A stretch of 64,000 bases of DNA, taken from positions 4,092,001-4,156,000 of the forward strand of contig CM075988.1 in assembly GCA_038087875.1 (NCBI GenBank). The letters are read 5' to 3'. Below, piece by piece: positions 1 through 11,590 of the stretch (its first letter is position 1; every line of letters begins with the position of its first letter). The stretch is from Malacoraja senta. Lineage: Eukaryota. Position numbers and translations under genes: made by a program. The notes beneath the pieces are model-generated. The model did no database searches and was not told the origin of the DNA. It saw nothing but the letters and a program-made list of their open reading frames with translations.

Positions 1-445
1 TTTCTCCAGACTTCAGACTGAAGATGGGTCTCAACCCAATACGTCACCTACTCCTTCTCTCCAGAGATGCTGTCTGACCCGTTGAGTTACTCCAGCTTCT
101 TGTGTCCATCTGGGGTTAGATAGAGGTGTGTAACATGGAGAGGTTTAAAACAGAGAAAAAGAACAAAGACAAAAACAACACGGTCACATCCTTACATCCT
201 CTTGGGGACCACACCGTCCCGCGCCAACAATTGGCCTATCAGGGAACCCCGCTGCCCGAGGTCATCTGTTGCCGGCCCTGATTTGTCCTGGTCATTCCTT
301 GCTTCCAATTTCCCCACCCCCACAATAAGTCTGAAGAAGGGTCTCGACCTGAAACATTCACCCCTCCATGTTCTCCAAAGATACTGCCGGCCCCGCTGAG
401 TTACTTCAGCATTCTGTGTCTATCTTTGGTAAAACCCAGCATCTG
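1..445 (+). mobile_element. Two Penelope-like terminal-repeat (pLTR) fragments with degenerate hammerhead motif
   Basis: ctgaagatgggtctcaacccaatacgtc (~18-45) and gtctgaagaagggtctcgacctgaaac (~329-356), each followed by the family body (ctccagagatgctg...gagttactccagc...gtgtctatc) seen about 30 times in the window. Confidence 0.75.
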
Positions 446-753
446 CATGTCATTTGTATTACAGGTGCATTCTTTCAGTGCAAAACAATATTACAGTCGG
501 TTTCTGGAGCTGAGTGAATGTAGAATCGATTATTCCGATCTCTCAGAATGCAAACACATTTCAGTAACCGATATTTGAAAAGTTTGTGTTTGCCCTGACT
601 AATTTTATTCATAACCTATCCATCAAGGTAATATAAGAGCTCTTCTCGTTCTGCTGAATTGCATATTTCATTTAAGAAATGCTTTGTCATTCCAGCCATC
701 TCGAACACAGTTACATGTAATTCTTCAGATAAATGAGAGAAATCGATGCGTAA

Positions 754-1098
754 AGGGCTTGACCCACTTACGTGACCTTTACAGGCGACTGCCGGCAACC
801 ATCATAGGTCGCCGAAATTTTCAACATGTTGAAAATTCAGTGGCGACCAGAAAGACGCTACGACTCTTTGGAGACCTCTTACGACCATACGAGACCTCTT
901 ACGACCGTACAGCCTGTATGGTCGTGAGAGGTCACCCACGACAAGTTGCCAGGGGTCTCCTGTATGGTCGTGAGAGGTCTCCAAAGACTCGTAGCGTCTT
1001 TCTGGTTGCCACTGAATGTTCAACATGTTGAACATTTCGGCGACCTATGACGGGTGCCGGCAGTCACCTGTAAAGGTCGCGTAAGTGGGACAGGCCCT
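754..1098. mobile_element. Palindromic MITE, PIF/Harbinger-like
   Basis: TIRs agggcttgacccactta / taagtgggacaggccct; arms are inverted over most of the length; flanks TAA / TTA; same TIR as 19452-20785 and 44088-44388. Confidence 0.8.
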
Positions 1099-1587
1099 TT
1101 AAGGTACAGGTTACTGAAACCTCAAGAGGCCAGTGACTCAGACAGGACAATAGAAAACCTTTTTTAATTTAACAGTATGTTTCTTCTGGCAATCACTTTT
1201 GAGTCCATCATCTGTTCGTCAAATTGCTAACACGGTTATTAATCATTGTGCCTTAATTTCCTCCATGCTGTATTCCATTGAAAGATCTTTGAAGTACGTT
1301 TCTCCCCAGCTTACTGCCTGTGGGCTGTGAGACAATGGTTCATGTCGCTACCCATTACATACTGTACATATGTAAATTATTGTTCCCACTGAACTGTGTT
1401 CAAATTGGATTTTGCTTTGATGGTGATATTCCCTGAAGGTTTCCCATAGATGTGCCGTTCAAGGTACTTGCAAGGTTTCAGAGCAAGTGGTGATGTTTAT
1501 TTGATTGCTTCCAGTCATCCTTTGCACAGAGACTCACTGCCACTTGAGTTGTATTTGTAGAAGGCAAGGAAAATAAGTAGATAATAA

Positions 1588-1945
1588 AGGTAGACGCAAA
1601 ACGCTGGAGTGACTCAGCAGGGCAGCATCTCTGGGGAAAAGGAATAGGTGACGTTTCGGGGTTTGGACCCTTCTTCAGACTGAGAGTGGGGGGAAGTGGG
1701 GAACTACAGGAATGAAAAGATACAGAACAAAGCATAGCCGGCTCCGATGACCGAGGTAAAGTGGGGCCCACAATGGTCCATTGTTGGCTGTGGAAGAGGT
1801 GGTAATGAAGGGATATGAACAGTGAACGATCGCGACCCGAAACATCACCTATTTATTTTCTCCAAAGATGCTGCCTGACCCGATGCTGCCTTACTCCAGC
1901 AATTTGTGTCTATCTTCGGGATAAACCCGCATTTGGTTCCTATAC
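1588..1945. mobile_element. Penelope-like pLTR inverted pair
   Basis: Minus copy with hammerhead motif at ~1650-1678 plus 3' UTR-like sequence, then a plus copy starting gacccgaaacatcacc (~1834). Confidence 0.7.
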
Positions 1946-2063
1946 AAAATAAAGGTGATCGTTTCAGCTTGAATTGAGATGAACGAGGCAATGTCCACAA
2001 TGATGATTGTTAACCAAGGAAGAAGCTGAAGTGAGCCAAAAGACAATTGCCAAGCAGAGACTG

Positions 2064-2316
2064 CATTCGATCCCGACTACGGGTGCTGTCTGAACAGAAT
2101 TTGCACGTTCTCCCTGTGACCGCGTGGGTTTACTCCAGGTGCTCCGGTTTTCTACCACATTCCAAAGACGTGCAGGTTTGTAAGTACATTGGCTTCTGTA
2201 AATTGTCCCTAGTGTGTGCAGGATAGAACTAGTGTGTGCAGGATAAAGCTAGCACTGGTCGGTGCGGGCCGAAGGGCCGGTTTCCACACTGCATCTCGAA
2301 ATTAAACTAAACTAAA
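2064..2316 (+). mobile_element. HE1/V-SINE-like tRNA-derived SINE, 5' truncated
   Basis: B-box remnant ttcgatccc, body gggtgctgtctg...ccggttttctaccacattccaaagacgtgcagg, (aaact)n tail. Confidence 0.8.
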
Positions 2317-2539
2317 CCATATTAGATTAAGATTAAACTGTGCAGAAGGAGATCTGATGAGCTTCTGGGAATCGAGGTGGGCTACAGATGTTGGAATCGA
2401 GGTGGGATACAGATGTTGTATACGCAACAGCAAAATAGAACAAATATTTGGAATATGGCATTTCAAGCTCTAAAAACAAGCAAGTTATCTAAAGGGACAA
2501 AGATCATAAGACAAGTTGAGGAAAGATGGCTCATAAGGT

Positions 2540-4710
2540 CATAAGGTCATGTCATCGGGGCAGAATTAGGCCATTCTGTCTATCGAGTCTACTCCGCTAT
2601 TCAATCATGGCTGATTCTCCTGCCTTCTCTCCATCACCTCTGACACCCGTACTATCAAGAATCTATCTATCTCTGCCTCAAAATATCCACTGACTTTGCC
2701 TCCTCTGTGGAAAAGAATTCCACAAATTCACACCCCCTGACTAAAGAAATTCCTCCTCATCTCTTTCCTAAAAGAACGTCCTTTAATTCTGAATCTATGA
2801 CCTCTAGTCCTAGACTCTCCCACTAGTGGAAACATCCTGTCCCCATCCACTCTATCCAAGCATTTCACTATTCTGTATGTTTCATATGTTAACCCACTCA
2901 TTCCTGGGGTCATTCTTGTAAACCTCCTCTCCACAGCCAGCAAATCCTTCCTCAGATATGGGGCCCACATTTGCTTACTGTATTCCAAATGTGGCCTGAC
3001 TCATGCCTTACAGAGCCTCAGCTTTACATCCTTGGTTTTGTATTGCAGTCCTCTTGATATAAATGCTAGCATTGAATTTGCCTTCCTTACTATCAATTTG
3101 ACTTGCAAATATACTCTGGGAATCCTGCACCAGCATTCCCAAGTCCATTTCAACCTCCGATTTCTGGATTCTCTCCCCATTTAGAAACAAATCTACACCT
3201 TTATTCCTACTACAAAAATGCATAACTCCACCCTATTCTGCACTATATTCCATCTGCCACTTCTCTGCCCACTCTCCCAGCCTGTCCAAATCCTTCTGCA
3301 GAGTCCCTGCTTTCTCTACTTCCTGCCCCTCCACCTACTTTTGTATCATCCGCAAACTTTGCCACAAAGCCTTCAATCCCCTCGTCCAAATCATTAATAG
3401 ACAATGTGAGGAATAGCGGCTCCAGTACCGAGCCCTGCGGAACACCGCTAGTCACTTGCAGCCAAACAGAAAAAGCCCCCTTTATTGCCACTCTTTGTCT
3501 TCTGCCATCCAGCCAACCTGATATCCATGCTAGTATCTGCCCTTTGATACCATGGGCTCTCATCTTCCTTAGCAGCCTCCCATGTGGCACCTTATCAAAG
3601 GCTTTCTGAAAGTCTAGGTATACAACATCTACTGACTCTCCTTTGTCTGTCCTGCAATTTACTTCTTCAAAGAATTCCAGCAAATTTGTGAGCCAAGACC
3701 TCCCCTTCACAAAGCTATGCTGACTTTGGCCGATTTTATCGTGAACTTCTAAGTACTCCGTAACCTCATCCTTTATAATGGACTAACATTTTACCAACCA
3801 CCGTAGTCAGACTAACCGGCCAATAGTTCCCACTATTCTGCTTTGCTCCCTTTTTGTGCAGCGGGGTAATATTGGTAATTTTCCAATCATCTGGAACCTC
3901 TCCTGTCTCTAGTGATTCTTGAAATATCACTGTCAATGCCTCCACAATCTCTAAAGCCACCTCTTTTAGAACCCTAGGGACAGTCCATCTGGTCCAGGCG
4001 ACTTATCCACCTTCAGCCCTTTCAGCTTCCCAAGCACCTTCTCCCTGGTAATAGCCACTCCACTAACTTCCACCCCCTGACTCTCTTGAATTTCAGGCAC
4101 ATTGCTGGGGCCTTCCACTGTGAAGACTGATGCAACAAAGTTACTCAACTCCCCTGCCATTTCTTTATTCCTCATTATCACTTCTCCTGCACCATTCTCC
4201 AGCGGTCCAACGTCTGCTGGAATGAGAGGGGATCTTATTGAAACATATAAGATTATTAAGGGCTTGGACACGCTAGAGGCAGGAAACATGTTCCCGATGT
4301 TGGGGGAGCCCAGAACTAGGGGCCACAGTTTAAGAATAAGGGGTAAGCCATTTAGAACGGAGATGAGGAAACACATTTTCACACAGAGAGTTGTGAGTCT
4401 GTGGAATTCTTTGCCTCAGAGGATGGTGGAGGCCGGTTCTCTGGATGCTTTCAAGAGAGAGCTAGATAGGGCGCTTGAAGATAGCTGAGATATGGGGAGA
4501 ATGCAGGAACGGGGTACTGATTGTGGATGATCAGCCATGATCACATTGAATGGCAGTGCTGGCTCGAAGGGCCGAATGGCCTACTCCTGCACCTATTGTC
4601 ACTCTTGCCTCTTTCTTACTCTTTATATAACTGAAGAAACTCTTGCTATCCTCTTTTATATTATTGGCTAGCTTACCTTCATATTTCATCTTTTCTCCCC
4701 GTATAGTATT
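2540..4710 (-). mobile_element. CR1 LINE, decayed ORF2 (reverse transcriptase and 3' end), interrupted by a nested CR1 tail
   Basis: Translated motifs VYLDFQKAFDKVPH, GVPQGSVL, KFADDTK (ORF 3243-3710), VPDDWKITNITPLHKKG, KSPGPDG, and C-terminal ESRTRGHRFRIKG...RRNFFSQ; frameshifts and stops present. Confidence 0.92.
4217..4600 (+). mobile_element. CR1 LINE 3' fragment nested in opposite orientation
   Basis: MRGDLIETYKIIKGLD...RTRGHSLRIRG...FTQRVVSLWNSLPQ, then the CR1 3' UTR ggctcgaagggccgaatggcctactcctgcacctatt; the host CR1 resumes at ~4600. Confidence 0.9.
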
Positions 4711-5414
4711 TTAAACTAATAATGACATTACTGAAGGTTAAATTATATTTTCTGGTGTAGGAGGGAGGTGCTGAAAGTATGTTTCAGTCATGGCTTTGAT
4801 CTTGTCCTGAACGACCTTGGGTTTTACGGGGATAACAATGTATCGGCGAGAAGAACATAAAAGGAAAAACCAAATCACTTCACAGCGCGAGGGTTCTCTC
4901 AGTGAGGTCATTGTAATCATAAACCAACTAATGAAGATCCCATCAAAGATAAAAGGTGGAACTGGTTGACCGGTTGAATTTGTGACATAACCTCTCTACT
5001 GCTCCTCACCCCACACTCATCCAATGTGTCCATGGACAGAAGGCTATTGGAGCAGACCACTTGGCCCGATTCTACTATTAAATTGGATCATGGCCGATTA
5101 GCGTCTCGATGCATTTACCTGTCCTAGTTCTGTCAATTACATTACAGTTATCGAGTCATAGTCATACAGCGTGAAGACAGGCCCCTTCGGCTCGACTTAC
5201 CCACACCGATCAACATGCTCCATCTACACTTGCCCCACCTGCCTGTGTTTGGTTGTTTGGCCCATGTCCCTCTAAACCAGGGAACCCAGTCCTAGAAGAT
5301 GTACTCATCCATACAATGTAAGCACGGGAGTGCTGATTCACACTGGTACATCTGTACCGACCAATGTATCCTGGTGTGGTGGCACAACTGTTCACCGTTC
5401 TCCATGGTTTGCGA

Positions 5415-5720
5415 CAGGGTGGCGCAGCGGTAGAGCTACTGCCTTACAGCGTCAGAGACCCGGGTTCGACCCCGACTACGGATGCTGCCTGTGCGGAGTT
5501 TGTATGTTCTCCCTGTGACCTGCGTGTGTTTCTCTCCGAGATCTTCAGTTTCCCCCCACAATCCAAGCACATGTATGTTTGTAGGTTAATTGGCTTGGAA
5601 TAAATGTAAATTGTCCCTTGTGTAAGGACTAGGGTCATGTTCATGCATGGAGATCGCTGGTCGGTGAGGACTCGGTGGGCTGAAGAGTCTGTTTCCGCGC
5701 TGTATCTAAACTAAACTAAA
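5415..5720 (+). mobile_element. HE1/V-SINE-like tRNA-derived SINE, full length
   Basis: Pol III A box tggcgcagcgg (5420-5430), B box ggttcgacccc (5463-5473), conserved body, CR1-like 3' end and (ctaaa)n tail. Confidence 0.88.
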
Positions 5721-5997
5721 ACATGTCCTCTGCCATTCTCTGATCAGTTACTAACATTCAATATACTCTATTATATAATAGTAAGATTCAACGAGCTTAC
5801 CAAGTTTGAAGTTTGATCGTTATTTTATGAGGAGTTGGTGATTACGTGAAGAAGGCCCGTCAGGGCGCATGCGCGTCAATCTTCAAAATAGCGGTATGAA
5901 ATCACAGATAACACAATATTTGAAGTAACATATTAAGATGAGCAACATGAGAACTACCATATGACCTTTTTTATGAGAGAGGGTTGGGCGTGGCGGG

Positions 5998-6105
5998 CAC
6001 GTAATCACCAACGTAACTCATAAAATAAAGATCAAACTTCAAACTGGTAAGTTCTCGTTTAATCTTACTATTTTACTTCGGAGTCACGTGAGTGACTACG
6101 TGAAG
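5998..6105. repeat. DIRS internal complementary region (ICR)
   Basis: 5998-6072 is the imperfect reverse complement of 5777-5848; 6070-6105 (attttacttcggagtcacgtgagtgactacgtgaag) is the near reverse complement of ~10121-10154. Confidence 0.9.
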
Positions 6106-6279
6106 GGTTCAAAGTTCTGTGATTTTATGCCACAGATCCAAATCCCGGCTTCTCACTGCATTGATTGACTTTCGATGAGAAACAATCAATAATGCGTTAA
6201 ACATGAAATTTTAATATAATGCAGTAACAATTGATTTGAATAATCAAAACATATAGTAACCCCTCTATCCCAGGGGAAA

Positions 6280-7200
6280 CTAAACAGGACTTAATCCTGG
6301 ATTTGCAAACAGCCTCTCTCCGATCGGCAATAAGCCGATGGTAAAAAAAAATTTAAACAATTCATTTGACCACCCGGCTCCTGTAAGAATATGGCCGATG
6401 TGAACATCCATCGTCCTAGCCGACGACGTTGCTGCTGCACTAGTGGAAAAGGATATATACACTTCAGTGTTAATACCTGCCTGAATCAACATTTGCTTTA
6501 AACCAACTTGAGATAGTCTGCACTGACACTCTCCTGTGTGGCTTCATGTAACTGATAAACAATGCTGTTTCCACATTTCTTAAGGTCTTTATAGCTTCAA
6601 TATAATGAAATAAATGTGGCATTACACATAAACATGGATCAATAGGTTATGCTGAAACACAATTTTAACAAACCTGTGACACCTGGCCTGCTCTGTTTGA
6701 GCAGGACGCAAATATATAACATAACATTCTCTTCAGCAACTTCCATCCTGTCCAGCAGAGGCTTTTGCAAAATCTGCACTTGCTATGCTGAACCAATGCC
6801 ATGAGCATAACCACTTTCATGATTAGTTTGGCAAATTCAGAGACATGACAGAAACCTACTGTCGAAGCAACTTGAGGACCAGATCGCCATATACCTGGGT
6901 TTAGGAGGTTTAGAGTTGAAATTCCTTTCATCAATCCAGCTATGATATGATGAAACCCAATAGGATCTTTCCTGACCCCATCAAAACCATACGAGGACAA
7001 AGCACTTAAAGCTGTATTAATGGTGCTATAACTGAGCCCCTTATCATCGTAGAGTGTCAACAGGAACTCTAAATATCCACAATACCTGCAGTACTATAGT
7101 CAATATTATTTTGTACACAATATTGCTCCCATTTTTTTACACAAGTAATATACCACTTTTGAGTACTCTTTCTCCAGGCTACAGTGAGCATGTCCACCGT
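6280..7200 (-). pseudogene. DIRS tyrosine recombinase remnant
   Basis: GLSYSTINTALSALSS...IIAGLMKGI (N-terminal part) and LIQAGINTEVYISFSTSAAATSSARTMDVHIGHILTGAGWSN (box II region; canonical HSTR reads FSTS); multiple frameshifts. Confidence 0.85.
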
Positions 7201-7289
7201 TCGCCCAGACAGTCCTTGCCCCAGGTATGGCATTCTTAAACCTGCAAATTAACAAGTCAATACTATCACATAACAGATGACTTTCCCAT

Positions 7290-7640
7290 GTTAGCGGATG
7301 CTCCAGTCAATTCCTACGCTTGGGAACCACCAAAAAGAGGTTGGATCCCTAACTGTAACATCAAAGGGAACCATGCTTGATTCGGCCAATTAGGTATTAC
7401 AAGCACCCCCAATGTGGCATCCTGCTTGATTTCTTGCAGACTCCGACCTATTAGGCCAAATGGTAGGAAAATATATAAAACATACCACCCTAATGTAATG
7501 TCAAAGTATCAATTGCAACTGCCACCTGGTCTGGTTCCCATGAAACCTATTTAGGCTGCTGATGTTTGAACCTTGATGCAAAACAAATCGATATCTGGCA
7601 TTCATATATAAGTACTATATTATTGAACACCTCCTTGTTG
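7290..7640 (-). pseudogene. DIRS DNA N6-adenine methyltransferase-like domain remnant
   Basis: Hand translation gives PDIDLF/ASR (~7570-7600, frameshifted) and YIFLPFGLIGRSLQEIKQDATLGVLVIPNWPNQAWFP (~7365-7476), the DIRS MT signature with the xPPF motif degenerated to FLPF. Confidence 0.8.
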
Positions 7641-7669
7641 AACATTCAATCTATGTTGTCATGGAAACT

Positions 7670-8943
7670 TTCGTGACTTGACGTCTGCTACTATGTAGAA
7701 TCTACCTGGTAGATAAATAGCTGAAATATCTTTTTCAATGCACCAGGCCCAAATTTGATTAGCCAATCTGTCACAAGAAACCGACTTGATTCCACCGATG
7801 TGATTAATATATATGCCACTTGCGTTGTATTGTCAATCTGAAACTGAATATGCAGATACATTTGTTAGAGCAATAACCCTTGTCCTTAAAACCTCTTAAT
7901 AGTTAATTGCCCATGTCTGCAGAAGCGATGCCTCTTGCTCAGTCCATCTGCCTCCACAGCTGAAACTCGTATCCGTGACACCCCACCCGAGTGCACTGAC
8001 ATTCATCTGCAAAACCATGGAAGGCTGGTCAAGCATTACCTTGCTATAACTCCTGTATTCATGGTGAATCCACCATTGCAAATCAGAAATAGCCTTTACT
8101 GATAGCTGCATAGGTCTATTATAATGACCCAAATGTATCCTTAATGCCTCAATTAGCTTGATACACCTGTCAATTAGCTCTACCCTTTTTTCCCTGGGCA
8201 GAGTCACTTAATTGAATCGATTGTGACCCAAATAGTCAGGTGTTAATTTGGATTCCTCTGGATAGATAATGCCCAATCTTTGAAAATTGGATTTAACAAC
8301 TATCACCTGTTACTTCAGCTGTTCTCTTGGATACCCCTGTAATCAAGATATCATCGAAATAAGCAATGAGCACCTGACCCTGGCCTCTCAGCATGCCTAT
8401 TATAGGTTTTAACAATTTTGTTGCCATAGTTGATCCATCCAGGTGAATTTCAAATATCCTTATCCTGCAAATAAACAGACATTGAGTAATGCGCATCTTT
8501 AAGCTCTATAGTAGCCATATAGCATCCTCTTGACCCAGTTGCTTGGCAGTGACAATTCCATCTTACAATGTCTATACTATATCCCCCATCCTTTTTTGGC
8601 CTGGGAAAATATTAGACACAAATTGATGGGGTTGGTGAACCAACTTTACAATTACACCTTTATCACATAAGCTTGCAAGCGCAGTCTGAACATCCATCTG
8701 TTCTGTTAATGAAAACTGAATACTTCTCCCAAGAACATGCTGAATGTGCAAATCACAATTTGGATTGAAATCCATTCGAAACCTTTGAATAACACTCTGT
8801 ATAAACAGAGCTAAGGTCATTTGCTTCCATTCATCCCAGAAACAGATGTAATGTACCCCAGATTTAAGTTGTGTCACATTTGATATGTGCACCTGAGAAC
8901 CAGGCCCACCTACCTCCTTGGTACCTGGTGGATGTTTGACCAT
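7670..8943 (-). pseudogene. DIRS reverse transcriptase / RNase H remnant
   Basis: FWDEWKQMT...IQSVIQRFRMDF, LCDKGVI, FVSNIF, LIAYFDDILI (YxDD), DLQWW, SALGWG, IDNTTQVAYI/NHIGG, AIYLPGRFYIVAD; frameshifted. Confidence 0.88.
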
Positions 8944-8944
8944 G

Positions 8945-9995
8945 TTCCCGCTTCGTTTGTAGGGGTACTTTCTTTTTTGGAAACTTGCCGACTGCCGGTG
9001 GCTTGATCAAGCCCACCGTCTTTGCCTCGTCACCCATGTCCTTGACTCTCTTGGCGAGGTCCTCTCCGAAGAGTAGGTTGGCCGGCTGTATGTTGCTGGT
9101 CTGGAAAAATATTGCAATCTTGGAATTAATGGTGGGCCGAATGGCACTTTCCCTGAGACAATTTATCGAAAAAATGGGTGCTACAAAGCAACCCTAGTAC
9201 CTCTTGATGTGTTTCCAACACATGCCCTCCATCCACCGTTCTCGCGAACGCCGTCATTCCTGAGCCAAGTAATTTCACTGCTGGCACCTTCAGCAACTCG
9301 CAGTTACCCCGGTCTCTTGGTGATTCCAGACTCTGACTGGACAGCGAATCGTACTGCCAGAGATGGGAACTCTGACAACGGCCGTCTTCACTTTCCCAGT
9401 GGCACTCCATACTCTGACGGGACAGCGAATCGTGCTGCCAGAGAATGGACCTCTGACAACGGCCGTTCTTCGCTAAGTCCCAAGTCTCCGTCAGAGTCGG
9501 GGTCAGAACTTAGCTGACCCTCTGCACTCACCTCATGCATGAGGGTGCTTTAAGCAGCCCTCTACCAGGTGCTGCCAGCGTGGCCTTTCTGCAGCCTACC
9601 GCCCACACGACTCCTCCCCCCGGAGTGTGCGTTTCTGGAGCAACCTTTGGATGAGGTGCTCCATTTGGGAGAACCATTTAAAAAACATCTCCAGCCCCGT
9701 ACAGGCTCGTTGTGGCCTGACTCAGTTGAGTCCCAGGGCCTGTCAGACTTCCCCGTGCCTTACGCCCGACTGGCGTTGGCTTTGGTGCTTTTTAGCACTG
9801 AGTCTGAAGTTGCCCCGCTCCCGGTCGGCGACTGTGCAGGGGTACGAGGCAGCCGCTCACAGACCGCATTCCCACGGCTCTCCTATGCTTTACCTGCGGC
9901 TGCCCTCTCGTCCTCACTATGGTGCTGCCTGTAATAAAAAACACAGACCACGGCACCACAGCAAAGGAACTTTTCACTCCAGCTAAGTTTCCCAC
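8945..9995 (-). pseudogene. DIRS ORF1 (gag-like) region remnant
   Basis: Lies between the 5' ITR and RT; GC-rich, interrupted reading frames; internal 81-bp-period duplication (9330 vs 9411). Product assigned by position only. Confidence 0.55.
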
Positions 9996-10344
9996 TTAGC
10001 TGGAGCTTTAAACTATAAAAGTACTGTAAAAGTACTTACCACAGGAGGAGCTTTGTCCTCCCGCTGGTCCGTGCACCAATGCGACCGACGTAATGACGCG
10101 CATGCGCCCTGACGGGTCTTCTTCATGTAGTCACACGTGACTCCGAAGTAAAATCTTTACTTAGAGACTCCATTCATTCCTTTATGATGGATTTCATGGT
10201 AATAGATCTATAGAATTATTATAGAATTATTGGTTTTTCACTTTTAGCTTTTTGTAAATAAAAAAATGACGCAAAGATTTTTTTTCCATCTGGAACAATA
10301 CTTCCCAAATCAAGAGCTTTGAAAGATTATTATACAGACATAGG

Positions 10345-10697
10345 GTCAGCAGAGTGGCACAGGAGTAGAGTTCCTGCCTTACAGCGCCAGAGACCCAGGT
10401 TCGATCCCGACTATGGGTGCTGTCTGTACGGATGTGTGTAAGGGTGCTGTCTGTACTGATGGGTGTATGGGTGCTGTCTGTACGGATGGGTGTAAGGGTG
10501 CTGTCTGTTTTCCGAGATCTTCGGTTTCTTCCCACACTCCAAAGACATACAGGCTTGTACATTAATTGACTTGGTATGAATGTCAAATTGTCCCTAGTGT
10601 GTGTAGGATAGTGTTAATGTGCAGGGATCGCTGATCGGTGCGGACTCGGTGGGCCGATGGGTATCTCTACTTTACTTATCTCTAAAGTAAACTAAAC
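10345..10697 (+). mobile_element. HE1-like SINE with an internal ~27-bp tandem expansion
   Basis: A/B boxes (tggcacaggag, ggttcgatccc); four gggtgctgtctgt units at ~10414-10508. Confidence 0.85.
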
Positions 10698-10869
10698 ATA
10701 GGCACGGATTTTATCTTCTACTTTATCTTCTATTTTTAAGTTGTTGGAATGGCTACACTATCTAGTCCTCGGAGTTTGACACTTCCATTGTTTTCTTTCC
10801 TATTGTGTGTTGCTTCAAATGTAATTGAGTTCCCATCCTTGTTCAATAGTAGCTGATCTAGGATATCTG

Positions 10870-11062
10870 TAGGTAGGAACTGTAGATGCTGGTTTACACC
10901 GAAGATAGCCAAGTTTGGACACCTTCCCCTTCTTTATTTCTGTGTCTCCCTCTCCCCTGACTCTCGCTGTGAGGAAGAGTCTCGACCCGAAATGTCACCC
11001 ATTCCTTCACTCCAGAGATGCTGCCTGTCCCGCTGATTTACTCCAGCATTTTGTGTCTATCC
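10870..11062. mobile_element. Penelope-like pLTR insertion with a short inverted 5' piece
   Basis: aggaactgtagatgctggtttacaccgaagatag (minus), then plus UTR and gaagagtctcgacccgaaatgtcaccc. Confidence 0.7.
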
Positions 11063-11159
11063 AGGATAGATGTTACCCTCTGTTGTAAATAACGACAGTG
11101 GTCTTTCATTTCCTTATTTATAAAGCCACTGCTCTTAGTTTTTTTTATTGAATTGTTTG

Positions 11160-11470
11160 AAAGATACAGCATGGAAACGGGGCCTTCAGCTCACCGAGCA
11201 ACGCCAACCATCGATCACCCGCTCACACCAGTTCTATGTTATCCCACTTTTGCATCACTGACTACACACTAGGGGCAATTTACAGAGGGCCAATTAACTT
11301 ACAAACCTGCACGTCTTTGGGATGTGGGAGGAAACCGTAGCGTCCAGAGGAAACCTACAGGTCACGGGGAGAAGGTGCAAACTCCACACAGACAGCACAC
11401 AAGGTCTGGATTGAACCCGGCACCTTGGCTTTGTGAGGCAGCACCTCTACTTGCTATGCCACTGTACCGC
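11160..11470 (-). mobile_element. HE1-like SINE
   Basis: Reverse complement of the SINE body (gatacagcatggaaacg...acaaacctgcacgtctttgggatgtgggaggaaacc...acagacagcac). Confidence 0.8.
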
Positions 11471-11496
11471 TGTGTTTTGAAATTTTCTCATTGCTT

Positions 11497-11590
11497 AGTT
11501 ACTCCAGCTTTTAGTTACCCACTGAGTTACTCCAGCTTTTAGTTACCCACTGAGTTACTCCAGCTTTTAGTTACCCACTGAGATACTCCG
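11497..11590 (+). repeat. 28-bp tandem repeat x3 derived from the Penelope pLTR
   Basis: agttactccagcttttagttacccactg repeated directly. Confidence 0.85.

Larger units (their letters stand above)
5777..10154 (-). mobile_element. DIRS1-type tyrosine-recombinase retrotransposon, structurally complete, coding-decayed
   Basis: ITRs 5839-5880 and 10091-10133; internal complementary region ~5998-6105 matching both termini; remnants of gag, RT, RNase H, MTase and YR in the canonical order. Confidence 0.92.

Noticed and set aside
5415..5480. tRNA-like heads with A and B boxes
   Set aside because: They run directly into the SINE body in every copy, so they are SINE heads and not tRNA genes.
6280..7640. 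Recombinase plus methyltransferase as a phage or bacterial insert
   Set aside because: Order, RT/RNase H linkage and ITR/ICR structure identify a eukaryotic DIRS retrotransposon.
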